The notes: generated from the sequence alone by a model not told the origin. Numbered from the stretch's first letter, positions 47,036 through 57,274 are shown. The stretch is DNA of 64,000 bases from Candidatus Paceibacter sp. (GCA_020725175.1 DYFM01000005.1:1855-65854), one strand, 5' to 3'. Numbers and translations: made by a program.

Positions 47036-47572
47036 ATGAACCCCTTTTCCAATAATATCATCTTCTACGATTCAGAATTTACGTTTCTCGATCCACGAAA
47101 AGGGGAGTTGCTTTCTATAGGACTGGTGAAGTACACCGGTGAAGAACTGTATGTGGAGTTTGAATATGAAGGAGAGATGGATCCGTGGGTAGTGGAACAT
47201 GTAATTCCACACCTCCATGGGCCAAGATACTCAAAATCAATAGCCAAAGAGCTGATCAGAGATTTCATTGGACCGTCAAAAAATGAAAAAGAAAAACCAT
47301 TTCTTGTTTCATACGTGAATCAATTCGATTCAGTTTTTTGGTACGACTTGTTTGATTCACCAACAGACCATCCGGTATTTCGTACGCCGATAGATTTTGC
47401 ATCCATCTTGTTTGGGTATGGGTATCATCCAAACAGTCTAGGACGTCACGATTTTTGGAAACAGTATGGGATAGAAGGGTTACAGTATGAGGATCGGGAT
47501 CACAATGCTCTTGAAGATGCAAAAATTCTACGAGAGGTATATATACAATTTTACAAAGAACAAGACACATAA
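47036..47572 (+). CDS. DnaQ-like DEDDh 3'-5' exonuclease
   Basis: Exo I YDSEFT, Exo II in the NQFDSVFW region, Exo III HNALEDA. Confidence 0.6.
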   Translation: MNPFSNNIIFYDSEFTFLDPRKGELLSIGLVKYTGEELYVEFEYEGEMDPWVVEHVIPHLHGPRYSKSIAKELIRDFIGPSKNEKEKPFLVSYVNQFDSVFWYDLFDSPTDHPVFRTPIDFASILFGYGYHPNSLGRHDFWKQYGIEGLQYEDRDHNALEDAKILREVYIQFYKEQDT

Positions 47573-47858
47573 ACCCAAACATAAACCATAGGTGTAAAAC
47601 CCATCTTATTACATCCAAAAAAAATTGGTTATATGTCGTACAATATAATTATAGTATATTGTATACGGTATAGACATTACAGGTACAAATGTAAATTGAT
47701 ACATAAGAATCTTATCGCAATCTAGCTAGTTAGAAGTAGATGAAATTGGATACAAAAAACATTTAAAGAAAGCGGAAAATATACTGTAAGCAATCATGTA
47801 TCAACAAATCACTAATTCTATAAAAATAACCCACTCTGTACATTCGCTTTACATATAT

Positions 47859-47888
47859 TGTGCGAATATAAATGTTATATTATAGTGG
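47859..47888. promoter_or_regulatory. Candidate dif-like recombination site upstream of the Xer-like recombinase
   Basis: GTGCGAATATAAATGTTATATTATAGTG resembles the Xer arm / 6-bp spacer / arm layout of E. coli dif (GGTGCGCATAATGTATATTATGTTAAAT). A flanking palindrome acattcgc/gcgaatat is also present. Confidence 0.3.
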
Positions 47889-47958
47889 ATAGTATTGATC
47901 AGTTAACCAGAAACTTCTTATACCCTCCTCTCTCTAATTTCTCTTAAAGTACTCTAAT

Positions 47959-48921
47959 ATGATGCACAATTCGGACAAGCCGATTATAAAACACATTCCG
48001 AACTTTCTAGATTACTGTGAGGTTGAAAAAGGTTTGCGGGATAACACACAAAAAAATTACTCTCGATACCTCAATGTATTCGAAAAATGGCTCACTCACA
48101 CAGGAGAAACTACTAAACTCCCCCACCAACTCACAGCAGAAGATGTATGGAACTATCGCTTGTTTTTAGCAAGAAGATATCAAACAAAAAAAAAGAAAAC
48201 ACTTTCAAAAAAGTCACAAAATTATTACCTAATTGCCTTAAGATCACTACTTGATTATTTTACCGATCGGGACATTAATTCATTACCTGCGAGTAAAATC
48301 AAGTTAGCGAAAGATACTCATTCTAACAGTGTAAAATTTTTAACTCTGGAACAGGTTGAACGTTTGCTGAGGGTGCCAAAAGTTGCTACAAAAGTAGGAC
48401 TACGTGATAGAGCTATCATGGAAACATTATTTTCTACAGGGCTACGAGTATCAGAATTGGTATCGTTAAATCGTGAACAAATACACTTTAGAGATCCTGA
48501 TGGACTTGAACTAACAATCCAAGGAAAAGGCGGGTCTATTAGAACTGTCTACTTCTCTCCTAGAGCATTGTACTGGGTCAAAAAGTATCTGGAGACAAGA
48601 CAAAATGATATGGAACCAGCCCTATTTATAAATTATCAAACAAAAAATGAGGAGGAACGACGTCTTAATCAGCGTTCCGTACAGTCAAATATCAAAAAAT
48701 ATTCAAGATTGGCAGGAATACCAATTTCGGTAACACCTCATGTACTAAGACATTCTTACGCAACCGACCTACTTGTTCAGGGAGTAGATTTACGTACTGT
48801 ACAAGAATTTTTAGGGCATAAAAATGTTGCAACCACCCAAATATATACCCACATAACAAGTAAACGACTTAAGGAAATTCACAGTAAGTTTCATGGCGGA
48901 AATAAATTAGACAAAAAATAA
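47959..48921 (+). CDS. Tyrosine site-specific recombinase (Xer/integrase family)
   Basis: The C-terminal catalytic region carries R ... HVLRHSYATDLL ... GH ... TTQIYTH, giving the R-H-R-Y active-site residues. An N-terminal SAM-like domain is also present. Confidence 0.8.
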   Translation: MMHNSDKPIIKHIPNFLDYCEVEKGLRDNTQKNYSRYLNVFEKWLTHTGETTKLPHQLTAEDVWNYRLFLARRYQTKKKKTLSKKSQNYYLIALRSLLDYFTDRDINSLPASKIKLAKDTHSNSVKFLTLEQVERLLRVPKVATKVGLRDRAIMETLFSTGLRVSELVSLNREQIHFRDPDGLELTIQGKGGSIRTVYFSPRALYWVKKYLETRQNDMEPALFINYQTKNEEERRLNQRSVQSNIKKYSRLAGIPISVTPHVLRHSYATDLLVQGVDLRTVQEFLGHKNVATTQIYTHITSKRLKEIHSKFHGGNKLDKK

Positions 48922-48932
48922 ACAAGTAAAGT

Positions 48933-49514
48933 ATGTACGTAAGACCAACTGTCGAAGAGTTAGTCAATATAATTCATTCCGGGGGGAATGAATTTAGGGT
49001 AGACAAACAGCAAGTTACAGATATTCACTTTCTTATACAAGAAAACTATCTTTGTCTGAGTAAAGTATTTTTTGGCGAAAAGATTCAATACGAAAAAACT
49101 GTTGAAGAGTTGTATAAAACAAAAAAAGAACACTTTGATCTTTCAGGTGGAAGTGTGGGCCACATGGCTCTCAAAAAATTGGCTAAAAATTTTTTTTCTG
49201 CTAGCTATCCTACATTTATTATAAATGTAGAGGATGAGTTTATGGGCTATCGACCTGACATACTTATAGAGGATAGTTGCGAAAAGTCAATCTACTTAGT
49301 CGAGTGTGGCAATACAGAATCTGATAAGTTTTTTAAATATTTCACGAGCGACAAGGTAAAAAGAATGTACATACTCCCCTATCCTGAAGATTTAAGTACA
49401 AAAATATTTATGTTTACTTTTACACCTACAGAGAATACGCAAGATTTTTTGTTATATCTTGAATCCGAAAGAAGAAGTAAAATAAAAAGTATAGTAAACC
49501 AGAGAACAACATAG
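48933..49514 (+). CDS. Hypothetical protein, possible PD-(D/E)xK-like nuclease fold
   Basis: GYRPDILIEDSCEKSIYLVECG resembles a D ... E.K nuclease core. The match is weak. Confidence 0.3.
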   Translation: MYVRPTVEELVNIIHSGGNEFRVDKQQVTDIHFLIQENYLCLSKVFFGEKIQYEKTVEELYKTKKEHFDLSGGSVGHMALKKLAKNFFSASYPTFIINVEDEFMGYRPDILIEDSCEKSIYLVECGNTESDKFFKYFTSDKVKRMYILPYPEDLSTKIFMFTFTPTENTQDFLLYLESERRSKIKSIVNQRTT

Positions 49515-49521
49515 ATTACTT

Positions 49522-50619
49522 TTATCGCCAATATATTTTTCCCGGAAAACGCAAATCAACATATTGTAACGCAGATCGATTAACCTTACCTTGTAACAAA
49601 GATTTGAATTCATCAAACTGTTCCTCAGGAGCCCGGTCAAGACGAACGAGTATTTCCCATCCCTCCCCTGTTTTTAGACGTGCATCGCCAAGGACATTCT
49701 CGATATACGTATACAAGACAGAAACATCTGTATAAGAAGATAAAAGTGTGATCCAAGAAATGATTGCTCGGGTGTATTGCGGCTCTAAAATAATGCTATT
49801 TACACCAGCTTCTTTCTTTCGTTGGTCGTAAATAACTGGATATAAACCCAGCTCCTGAGTAAGCTTATTCACGGGCGGAATATGTGTTCGAGACACCTCT
49901 TTTTCTTCAGTAATTTCTTTAGCTACACGTGCTAACATGCCATCTGGTAATGTGGTGGTCACCATGACAGTGCTTGTAACAGTTTCTTTATGAATGTACC
50001 ATTCATCATCGGTTACCCGACGAAGAGGCTCTATCACCTTCCCATCACTATCAACAAAAAAGTACTGTTTTTCATTATCATATATAGCAATCGGCACTTT
50101 TTCTTCAACTAAAATAGTGAGTGTGTTAGGGAAAACAGTATTTACAACCACTTCCTCGAGGGGATATCGAGCTAAAAGAATATCTTGCACCTCCTCTGTA
50201 TCAAGTAAAAAAAAGTTACTTCCAGGAAAAACATAATAATGCTTTTTTGCTAAAATTCCATTGACCGTATCTTCTACTTCAGAAGATACTATTCGCTGAA
50301 ATCCACTTACCTGCAACTGCTTTACTTGAAAAAAAGGATGGAATAAAAGAAGACCAACACTTCCACCAATCAATAAACAAATGACAATAAGAAGGATGGG
50401 TCGTTTAACTTTTTCTAGAGATGTTTGTTCTGAGACACCATGAAACGGATTTTGTTTTCTCTGTCGCCAAGCAAAATCACGCCGTGTAGCAAACGACGGA
50501 TTTGGGTCAAGCATTTCAGAACGAACTTTATTGAAACGTTTTCCCCAAATACGTTTCATTTTGTATGGATTTAATGACATGAAATAAAATCTACAAATAC
50601 TGTTCATCAAAAGTGACAA
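49522..50619 (-). CDS. Cell division protein FtsQ/DivIB-like (TM plus POTRA)
   Basis: Single transmembrane helix (ILLIVICLLIGGSVGLLLF) followed by a POTRA-like beta/alpha domain. The true start is probably an internal ATG (MSLNPYK or MKRIW). Confidence 0.55.
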   Translation of the reverse strand: MSLLMNSICRFYFMSLNPYKMKRIWGKRFNKVRSEMLDPNPSFATRRDFAWRQRKQNPFHGVSEQTSLEKVKRPILLIVICLLIGGSVGLLLFHPFFQVKQLQVSGFQRIVSSEVEDTVNGILAKKHYYVFPGSNFFLLDTEEVQDILLARYPLEEVVVNTVFPNTLTILVEEKVPIAIYDNEKQYFFVDSDGKVIEPLRRVTDDEWYIHKETVTSTVMVTTTLPDGMLARVAKEITEEKEVSRTHIPPVNKLTQELGLYPVIYDQRKKEAGVNSIILEPQYTRAIISWITLLSSYTDVSVLYTYIENVLGDARLKTGEGWEILVRLDRAPEEQFDEFKSLLQGKVNRSALQYVDLRFPGKIYWR

Positions 50620-50731
50620 GTATGAAAGGTAATCAAGACAAGAGATACCGCAAACTTCCCATGCTAATACCCTATCCCCGACTGGGCAAAGTTGGAAAAC
50701 TTAATGATACATCACCGAACAATATTGCCTA

Positions 50732-51760
50732 CTAAAATCCTCTTTTGATTCGACGAATAGTCTCTATTCCTCGAGTTATCCAATATCGAGGTGAAATAGA
50801 AAGATCATGGCACGGTAATAGATCAAATTGTCTTCCCCCAAAGCCCTTCTTAAAATGAGTAATACCGTAAAACGGATGGTCTTTTTCTGCATTTCGTGGT
50901 GCTACACCCCAAAAGTTATAGGTACGTATGCCCCGACGTTTCGCTTCTTGAATTACTCGCCACTGAATGAGGTAAGAAGAAGGAAGGCGTTTATCGAGAT
51001 AATAGGACGCACTGTGTCGATAACACGCCATAGTGCCATAAAACATAATAATTGCAGCTGCGTCAATTTGCCCATTCGGTAAATACGAAAGAAATATCTC
51101 AGCCTCACCCTTATCAGCAAAAACAGAAAATTCCTGCTCCACAAATTGTCTTGAAAACCGATGAAAATGATGTTTTTTTGCGGTTACGTCAAGCATATCA
51201 TTAAGAATTTGAAGTGCCTCCTTGTCTTTTCTTATCTCTACTTTTACTCCTTCTTTTTCACATCGACGAATAAGATTGCGATGGTTTTTATCCATTTGCT
51301 TAAATATTTCTTCTTCATTTCTATCACTGGAAATATCCAGTAACCAGGTATTTTCTGCTAGTACATGAATGGGTGAGGAACGAAAGCCAACAGAATTGTA
51401 AAGTTTTTGATGAAAAGGGGTTTCAGCGACGAAAGGACTTACTCTGACAAAATGAAACTTCTGCTTTTGTGCAAAATACTTAAGATGATTAAAAAAAACT
51501 AAGAATTTTTCCTCAGTGGGCTCAGGGATAATAGGACCATATGGTAGATATAAAAAATTTCCCCGTTTGGCATGTGTAGAGACCACCAACGATCCACCAA
51601 TTAAAACTCCGTTTTTGTATAAACCAAATATCCAACCTCTCTCCCCCATTTTTTTATAAAAGTCAATATATGCGGCAGATTGAACAAACAACGTATACGG
51701 TTGTAGTAAATTAAACTGTTCCCACTCTTCAGAATGTAGTACTTCTCTTACTTCGTACAT
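50732..51760 (-). CDS. FemAB-family peptidoglycan interpeptide-bridge aminoacyltransferase
   Basis: FemAB-type tandem GNAT-fold pattern, ~340 aa. Confidence 0.65.
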   Translation of the reverse strand: MYEVREVLHSEEWEQFNLLQPYTLFVQSAAYIDFYKKMGERGWIFGLYKNGVLIGGSLVVSTHAKRGNFLYLPYGPIIPEPTEEKFLVFFNHLKYFAQKQKFHFVRVSPFVAETPFHQKLYNSVGFRSSPIHVLAENTWLLDISSDRNEEEIFKQMDKNHRNLIRRCEKEGVKVEIRKDKEALQILNDMLDVTAKKHHFHRFSRQFVEQEFSVFADKGEAEIFLSYLPNGQIDAAAIIMFYGTMACYRHSASYYLDKRLPSSYLIQWRVIQEAKRRGIRTYNFWGVAPRNAEKDHPFYGITHFKKGFGGRQFDLLPCHDLSISPRYWITRGIETIRRIKRGF

Positions 51761-51761
51761 A

Positions 51762-53063
51762 CTATGTAACGTCTAACAAATATTGATTGATATGAAAACA
51801 TATGCTCTCAGCATCTACTTCAGAAATATTTCGATGCGTGGGTAACAATAAAACACGAGAGGAAATGTTTAATGCACTTGAACATTTTTCCTGTTCATAT
51901 TGAGCGACTTGTAGTGATACGTCTTTTGGTGCGACAGGACTGCCTGACCAAGCCGTGGAAAGTTGGATACCAAACTGTAATAAATGTGTCCTTAACGAAA
52001 AAGGTTTGTCGACAACAATAGGAAACTGAAGAAAAACGGATACTTCTAAAAGATCTTGATCAAATGGTAGTTGAATTTCTTTTGGTAATTGAGAGACATA
52101 TATTTGAGAGATTTTTTTTCTGTGGACATTGTTCGCGTCAATATCAAGAAGCTGCGGAAAGACGACTGTCGCTAATGCGTTTGGGAATGCTGTTGGATAT
52201 TCCGGTTGCCTCTCCCCTATTTTTTCACGTGATGAAATGATAGAAGGAATTAGGTGTAGTTTTTTGGCAATTGCTAGAAAAAATTTTCCAATTGAATGCT
52301 GAAAATACCAAGGTTTTGCTAGGAAAAATAAAAGGAATGAAATCAAGTACTGAACAACGACTCGAATGCTCATTTGCGGTAAAGCTTCTTGTGCCTGTCT
52401 CAGTTGATTTCCATACTGAAAATTATTTGTTATAGCTACACCGCCTCTACCACACGAAACCACCTTTTCTGACCCAAAACTAAAAATTGATATGTCCCCC
52501 CATGACCCCAGTGCTCTCCCTTTAAATGACCCACCGATAGTATGTGCCACGTCCTCAATAAGAACCAAATTATACTTATTTGCAATCTCTCGTAATTTTT
52601 CAATTTGTTCCGGAACTCCAAAAGTATGCTGAACAATGATAGCTTTGATATTCTGTTTTTTACTTGAAGAAAAAAACGTATCCAAAACATCAAGATCCAT
52701 TTGAAGAGTACTAGTAATATCCACATACACTGGCTTTGCTCCGAGTTGTGTCACTGCATTTGCCACAACAATACAAGTGTAACCTGGAATAAGAACCACA
52801 TCTCCCTCTCCAATCCTCGCGGCTTTCAAGGCAGCCTGAAGTGCACTTCTCCCACTATCAAAGGTAACAGCATACTGTGCTTGAAACCGACGTTCAAACC
52901 ATTGTTCTACTTTTTTCACTTCATTCCCACGTTGAAGCAGTGACCATTTCCAAGGAAAAAATAAAAAAGCTGCGGCAATTCGCACATCCTTCTGATTCAA
53001 GTTTGGCGCTAAACCCGTAAAGATCGGCATACGGAAAAAATAGTTTCTTATTCTGAAGAACAT
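51762..53063 (-). CDS. DegT/DnrJ/EryC1/StrS-family PLP-dependent aminotransferase
   Basis: The DSGRSAL...A motif and a conserved Lys region (SFGSEKVVS). Confidence 0.65.
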   Translation of the reverse strand: MFFRIRNYFFRMPIFTGLAPNLNQKDVRIAAAFLFFPWKWSLLQRGNEVKKVEQWFERRFQAQYAVTFDSGRSALQAALKAARIGEGDVVLIPGYTCIVVANAVTQLGAKPVYVDITSTLQMDLDVLDTFFSSSKKQNIKAIIVQHTFGVPEQIEKLREIANKYNLVLIEDVAHTIGGSFKGRALGSWGDISIFSFGSEKVVSCGRGGVAITNNFQYGNQLRQAQEALPQMSIRVVVQYLISFLLFFLAKPWYFQHSIGKFFLAIAKKLHLIPSIISSREKIGERQPEYPTAFPNALATVVFPQLLDIDANNVHRKKISQIYVSQLPKEIQLPFDQDLLEVSVFLQFPIVVDKPFSLRTHLLQFGIQLSTAWSGSPVAPKDVSLQVAQYEQEKCSSALNISSRVLLLPTHRNISEVDAESICFHINQYLLDVT

Positions 53064-54676
53064 TCTTCTTTCGTATGGTTCAAGATATATTGATAAACCA
53101 TAGGGGAAATTCTATTTTCTAGTAAAACAACACAGTCATCCTTTATTATTCGCTTTACATACTCGAGCAACGCTTCCGGCTCTGTGATAAGTCTAACGGT
53201 TGTATTGAATTTTTCTCCTACCCCTCGTTTAAGAGGTTTGTAGCTATCCTGACTAATCACCACCAACTCATCAGTCAAAAAAGCAATTTCTTCACCAATT
53301 CTCTCGTGCAGTTCATCGCTTTTTTCACCTAATTCAGCCATACCTCTGGTTATAACAATTCTTTTTTTTGATGAAGAAAAGTTTGTAAGGTATACTAGTG
53401 CCGCCTTAAAACCGACCGGGTTTGAATTATAACTATCATCCACAAAGATACATTTCTCAGATGTACGAATAATGAGTGAACGATTATTTCTCAATGTTGC
53501 ATATCGAGGTAGGCGCTCTTCTCTTGTCATTCCAAGATATTCTGCCACCAACACACAAGGCGCTAAATTGACTAAATTATGCTCCCCTTTAATCGGCAAT
53601 TCGAGCGTCACTTCTCGACCAAAAAATCTTCCTGTTGCACGAATACCGTTGTTTGTAGATTTGGCATCTGTAATAAGACACGTTGGTGAATACTCTTCAT
53701 CCAGTCCAAATGTTTGAACTTGACATCGCAGCTGAGGTAAAAACTCTCGACAATACGGATTATCACTATTCACAACCGCAAGCCCATCTTCCGGTAATGA
53801 TCGTAACAATTCATATTTTGCTTGTTGAATGTTTTCAATTGAACCAAACAAGGAAAGATGTTGTTCAATAATAGCAGTGAGTATACCAATTTTTGGCTTT
53901 ACCATATCGCAAATGAGTTTAATCTCACCCATTTTATACGCACCCATTTCAACGATGAAAATATCTTTATCATCAAATGATGTGCGTAAAATAAAACGAG
54001 CAACTCCAATCTCTGTATTCGTATTCCCCGGAGTAGTAATCACAGAGAATTTTCCGGATAGAATATGTGTAAGAAACTCCTTCACACTGGTTTTCCCATA
54101 ACTACCAGTAATTCCGATGACTACCAAACGTGGGTAGCGTTTTATTTTTCTTTTAGCTAAAAAAATATAAAGAAATTTTACAACTTTTGTTGGTAACCAA
54201 AACAGTGAAACGACAAACGAAATAATGTAAAATCGCAAGGCCATAAAGAAAACAAGATATGACCAATCTTGCGTCAAAAGTATTACGACCGCCTCAAAAA
54301 GAAGTGAGATACCAAACACTAGTACCGCCTTTGACGTAAGATCCGGTTTACGAATCAAATGTTGTCGAAATCGAAAAACATTGAAAACTAAATCAGACAC
54401 AAGAATAAACAACACGAAAAACTGCAGAGAATAAAACGTATTGTTTGGCCAAAAAAACGCGATCATCGCCAAGAGCAGTCGGACGGTGATTGGGTGACGC
54501 AAAAAATACTGTCTCCCCTGCTCTGTGGAAAGATAGTCACGAAATTTATCCCAACGATATTCTTTTAACTGCCAAACATAACAAAATTCACTATAGTCAA
54601 CAACCGCGCTAATAGACCACAGGGCAGCAATGATAATATTTAGTGGAATAATAAGAGTTGCAAGTTGATCAAGCAT
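53048..54676 (-). CDS. MurF-like Mur ligase fused to an N-terminal ~170-aa multi-pass membrane domain
   Basis: Four or five N-terminal transmembrane helices, then the GITGSYGKTS P-loop and the Mur ligase middle and C-terminal domains. Confidence 0.65.
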   Translation of the reverse strand: MLDQLATLIIPLNIIIAALWSISAVVDYSEFCYVWQLKEYRWDKFRDYLSTEQGRQYFLRHPITVRLLLAMIAFFWPNNTFYSLQFFVLFILVSDLVFNVFRFRQHLIRKPDLTSKAVLVFGISLLFEAVVILLTQDWSYLVFFMALRFYIISFVVSLFWLPTKVVKFLYIFLAKRKIKRYPRLVVIGITGSYGKTSVKEFLTHILSGKFSVITTPGNTNTEIGVARFILRTSFDDKDIFIVEMGAYKMGEIKLICDMVKPKIGILTAIIEQHLSLFGSIENIQQAKYELLRSLPEDGLAVVNSDNPYCREFLPQLRCQVQTFGLDEEYSPTCLITDAKSTNNGIRATGRFFGREVTLELPIKGEHNLVNLAPCVLVAEYLGMTREERLPRYATLRNNRSLIIRTSEKCIFVDDSYNSNPVGFKAALVYLTNFSSSKKRIVITRGMAELGEKSDELHERIGEEIAFLTDELVVISQDSYKPLKRGVGEKFNTTVRLITEPEALLEYVKRIIKDDCVVLLENRISPMVYQYILNHTKEECSSE

Positions 54677-54682
54677 AGTGTT

Positions 54683-55402
54683 CTATGTAGAAAAAGCTAT
54701 TATTTTTTCTACCAGTAATTCTTTATGAGTGAGATGAAGCCCATGTTTTCCGTTTTTTACAACAATACAAGTACAGTGTGGTATTTTTTTTGCAATTCTC
54801 TTTCCTTGATTAAGTGGTACATAAGAATCAAGTTCTCCCCACATGACCAAGGTTGGTGTTTGTATGGTTGTTAAGAGGTGGGACATGTCTTCCTTGGTAA
54901 TTTTTTGAAAAATTTGTCGCTGAATACCAGATGTCTTATTATAGTCCGGTGAATCTGCCACTTTGTAGAGGACCTTTTTTCCTATTGATTCAAATGAGTG
55001 AATAAACGGTAAACGAAACACTTGTTTTCCTATTTTAGCAAGAATCAGAAAAAAATACCATCGTAAACCATTTCTTTTTCGATAAATCGGACTCCCACTA
55101 AGAACTAATTTTTCCACAGCACCATGGTTGTGGGCCACGAGGTATGTTGCAACCACTCCGCCAAACGAATGTCCAAGTAGTATTACATTTTTATATTGGT
55201 TAGTAGAAAGTTTTTTCTCTACAAACTCTGCGTACTCCTTCACCCCCCAAACAGAATTCGGGCAGGGCTCATCCCCAAAACACGGTAAATCAATTACTGA
55301 AACATCAGCAAAAAAATCTTTTGCGTAGGAAACAAAATCAGCCCATGTTTCATGACTACCGCCCCAGCCGGGAAGAATGATGAGGGTAGATTGGCTATTC
55401 AT
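54683..55402 (-). CDS. Alpha/beta-hydrolase fold protein
   Basis: GHSFGG nucleophile elbow; ~240 aa. Confidence 0.65.
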   Translation of the reverse strand: MNSQSTLIILPGWGGSHETWADFVSYAKDFFADVSVIDLPCFGDEPCPNSVWGVKEYAEFVEKKLSTNQYKNVILLGHSFGGVVATYLVAHNHGAVEKLVLSGSPIYRKRNGLRWYFFLILAKIGKQVFRLPFIHSFESIGKKVLYKVADSPDYNKTSGIQRQIFQKITKEDMSHLLTTIQTPTLVMWGELDSYVPLNQGKRIAKKIPHCTCIVVKNGKHGLHLTHKELLVEKIIAFST

Positions 55403-56003
55403 ATATCATTTCAATTTTAGTTCCCAAAAAAAGCCCTGTGCCTTCATAGACGGTACCAAGTACATTTTTGTAAGTAAAATGAATCTTGTTACAAAATTTT
55501 TCATCACCGAACTGTGTACTTATCTCATCTGACGTTAAGTAAGGGGATAAAGGGTGTAAATATTTTCTAAACTTCTCACCATTATAAAATTCAGTTGTTC
55601 CACTTATTGTTTGCTTTTTTATATCTATTACTACAACTTCATTTGGTTCTAAAGATGATTTTTTAGGTAAAAAGTTAAAAAATTGATTTTCATTAACCAC
55701 AAGATCAGTAAATCGTAAATCTTGCACAAAATTACTACTTATATTTTTTATACAAAAATTTGATTTTGAATCAAATTCAAATTTTAAAACAGGTTTAATT
55801 GTTAGTTGAAAAGAACTGTTTTGAATTTCTCTAAGTCTATAGGTTTCTATTGTATAACTTATTACTGCAAAAAGTGTAGCAACTAAAATATAATCACCTA
55901 TTTTATAATAATCTTTAATGTAAAATAAAGACAATATTGTAAAAGCAATGACAATTAGTATTATAACTAGATGAGGTAGAATTTCTTTATGATTTTTTTT
56001 CAT
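55395..56003 (-). CDS. Hypothetical membrane protein
   Basis: Two N-terminal transmembrane helices. Confidence 0.4.
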   Translation of the reverse strand: MKKNHKEILPHLVIILIVIAFTILSLFYIKDYYKIGDYILVATLFAVISYTIETYRLREIQNSSFQLTIKPVLKFEFDSKSNFCIKNISSNFVQDLRFTDLVVNENQFFNFLPKKSSLEPNEVVVIDIKKQTISGTTEFYNGEKFRKYLHPLSPYLTSDEISTQFGDEKFCNKIHFTYKNVLGTVYEGTGLFLGTKIEMIYE

Positions 56004-57274
56004 AAAAAGTTTTCTTTCCCGCCCATATACCCCCGCAACACTTCCGGAATTACTATAGTTCCGTCTTCACATTGATTATTTTCAAAAATAGCAATTGGGA
56101 AACGACTCAACACTACCGCAGTTCCGTTCAACGTATGAACAAATTCTGTTGATCCGTCCTCTTTTCTATATCGTATGTTCAACCGTCGAGCCTGATAATC
56201 GGTACAGTTACTGGTACTTGTAATTTCTCCGTATGCACCCTGCGCACCATCTTCAGACTTCATCGTCATCCATGCTTCAACATCATATTTTCTGTATGCA
56301 GGTCCACCAAGATCTCCGGACGGAATATCGATCACTCGATACGGAAATCCCAACCCATCACAAATTTCTTTTTCAATTTTTAAAAGTTCTTCATGCATCT
56401 TTTCACTATCTTCCGGCTTACAGAAAATAAACATTTCCAGTTTTGTAAATTGGTGAACACGGTACATTCCTTTTGATGTTCTTCCATAGGCGCCGGCTTC
56501 AGTGCGGAAACAATGTGATAATGCAACGTATTTTTTTGGTCCAGTACTTAAATCAAGTATCTCATTGGCGTGATAACCGCCAACAGTAATCTCAGCAGTA
56601 CCAATAAGACTTAAATCTGTATTTTGAATTGAGTAGACTTGAGTTTCTTCTCCCCGAGGGTTAAAACCAACCCCCTCAAGAATATCAGTTTTAGCAACGT
56701 CAGGTGTTTCGATCAATTCATAACCATGCTTTGTTACAACATCAATCCCATATTGAACTAGTGCCAAATTTAGGCGTACAAGATCGTTTTTTGAAAAGAA
56801 ATACTTACTTCCTGCCACTTTCGCTCCTCGTTCGAAATCAATCAAATTCAAATTGGTCATAAGTTCCTCATGGTCTTTTGGCTGAAATGGGAAATGTTCC
56901 GGTTCACGGTTTTTAAAAAGAACCCTGTAATTATCTTCTCCACCCACAGGACTGTCCGGATGTGTAAGGTTTGGGATTTGCATGAGGATGGATTTGTATT
57001 CTGCATCAGAAGCTTTTAAACGTTCTTCTTGATTTTTTAATTTCTCATTAACAAGCTTAATTCTTTGGATCTCTTCAGGTGAAGGTTTAGATTTCGAAGT
57101 TCGATTTTTTTCCGCTCGAAACTCTTCAATATTAGTTTGCCATTTTCTTCGTGCCACATCTAGTTCAATAAGTCGATCAACATCAACAGTAACATGACGA
57201 TGTTGACAGTTTTGTTTTATGAGTTCTGTGTTTTCTCGGATGAATTTTATGTCGAGCATACGTTTATTGAACAT
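56000..57274 (-). CDS. serS: Serine--tRNA ligase
   Basis: N-terminal coiled coil, class II motifs, and the FRTEAGAYGRTSKGMYRVHQF ... GSALAVGRT-like core. Confidence 0.9.
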   Translation of the reverse strand: MFNKRMLDIKFIRENTELIKQNCQHRHVTVDVDRLIELDVARRKWQTNIEEFRAEKNRTSKSKPSPEEIQRIKLVNEKLKNQEERLKASDAEYKSILMQIPNLTHPDSPVGGEDNYRVLFKNREPEHFPFQPKDHEELMTNLNLIDFERGAKVAGSKYFFSKNDLVRLNLALVQYGIDVVTKHGYELIETPDVAKTDILEGVGFNPRGEETQVYSIQNTDLSLIGTAEITVGGYHANEILDLSTGPKKYVALSHCFRTEAGAYGRTSKGMYRVHQFTKLEMFIFCKPEDSEKMHEELLKIEKEICDGLGFPYRVIDIPSGDLGGPAYRKYDVEAWMTMKSEDGAQGAYGEITSTSNCTDYQARRLNIRYRKEDGSTEFVHTLNGTAVVLSRFPIAIFENNQCEDGTIVIPEVLRGYMGGKENFL

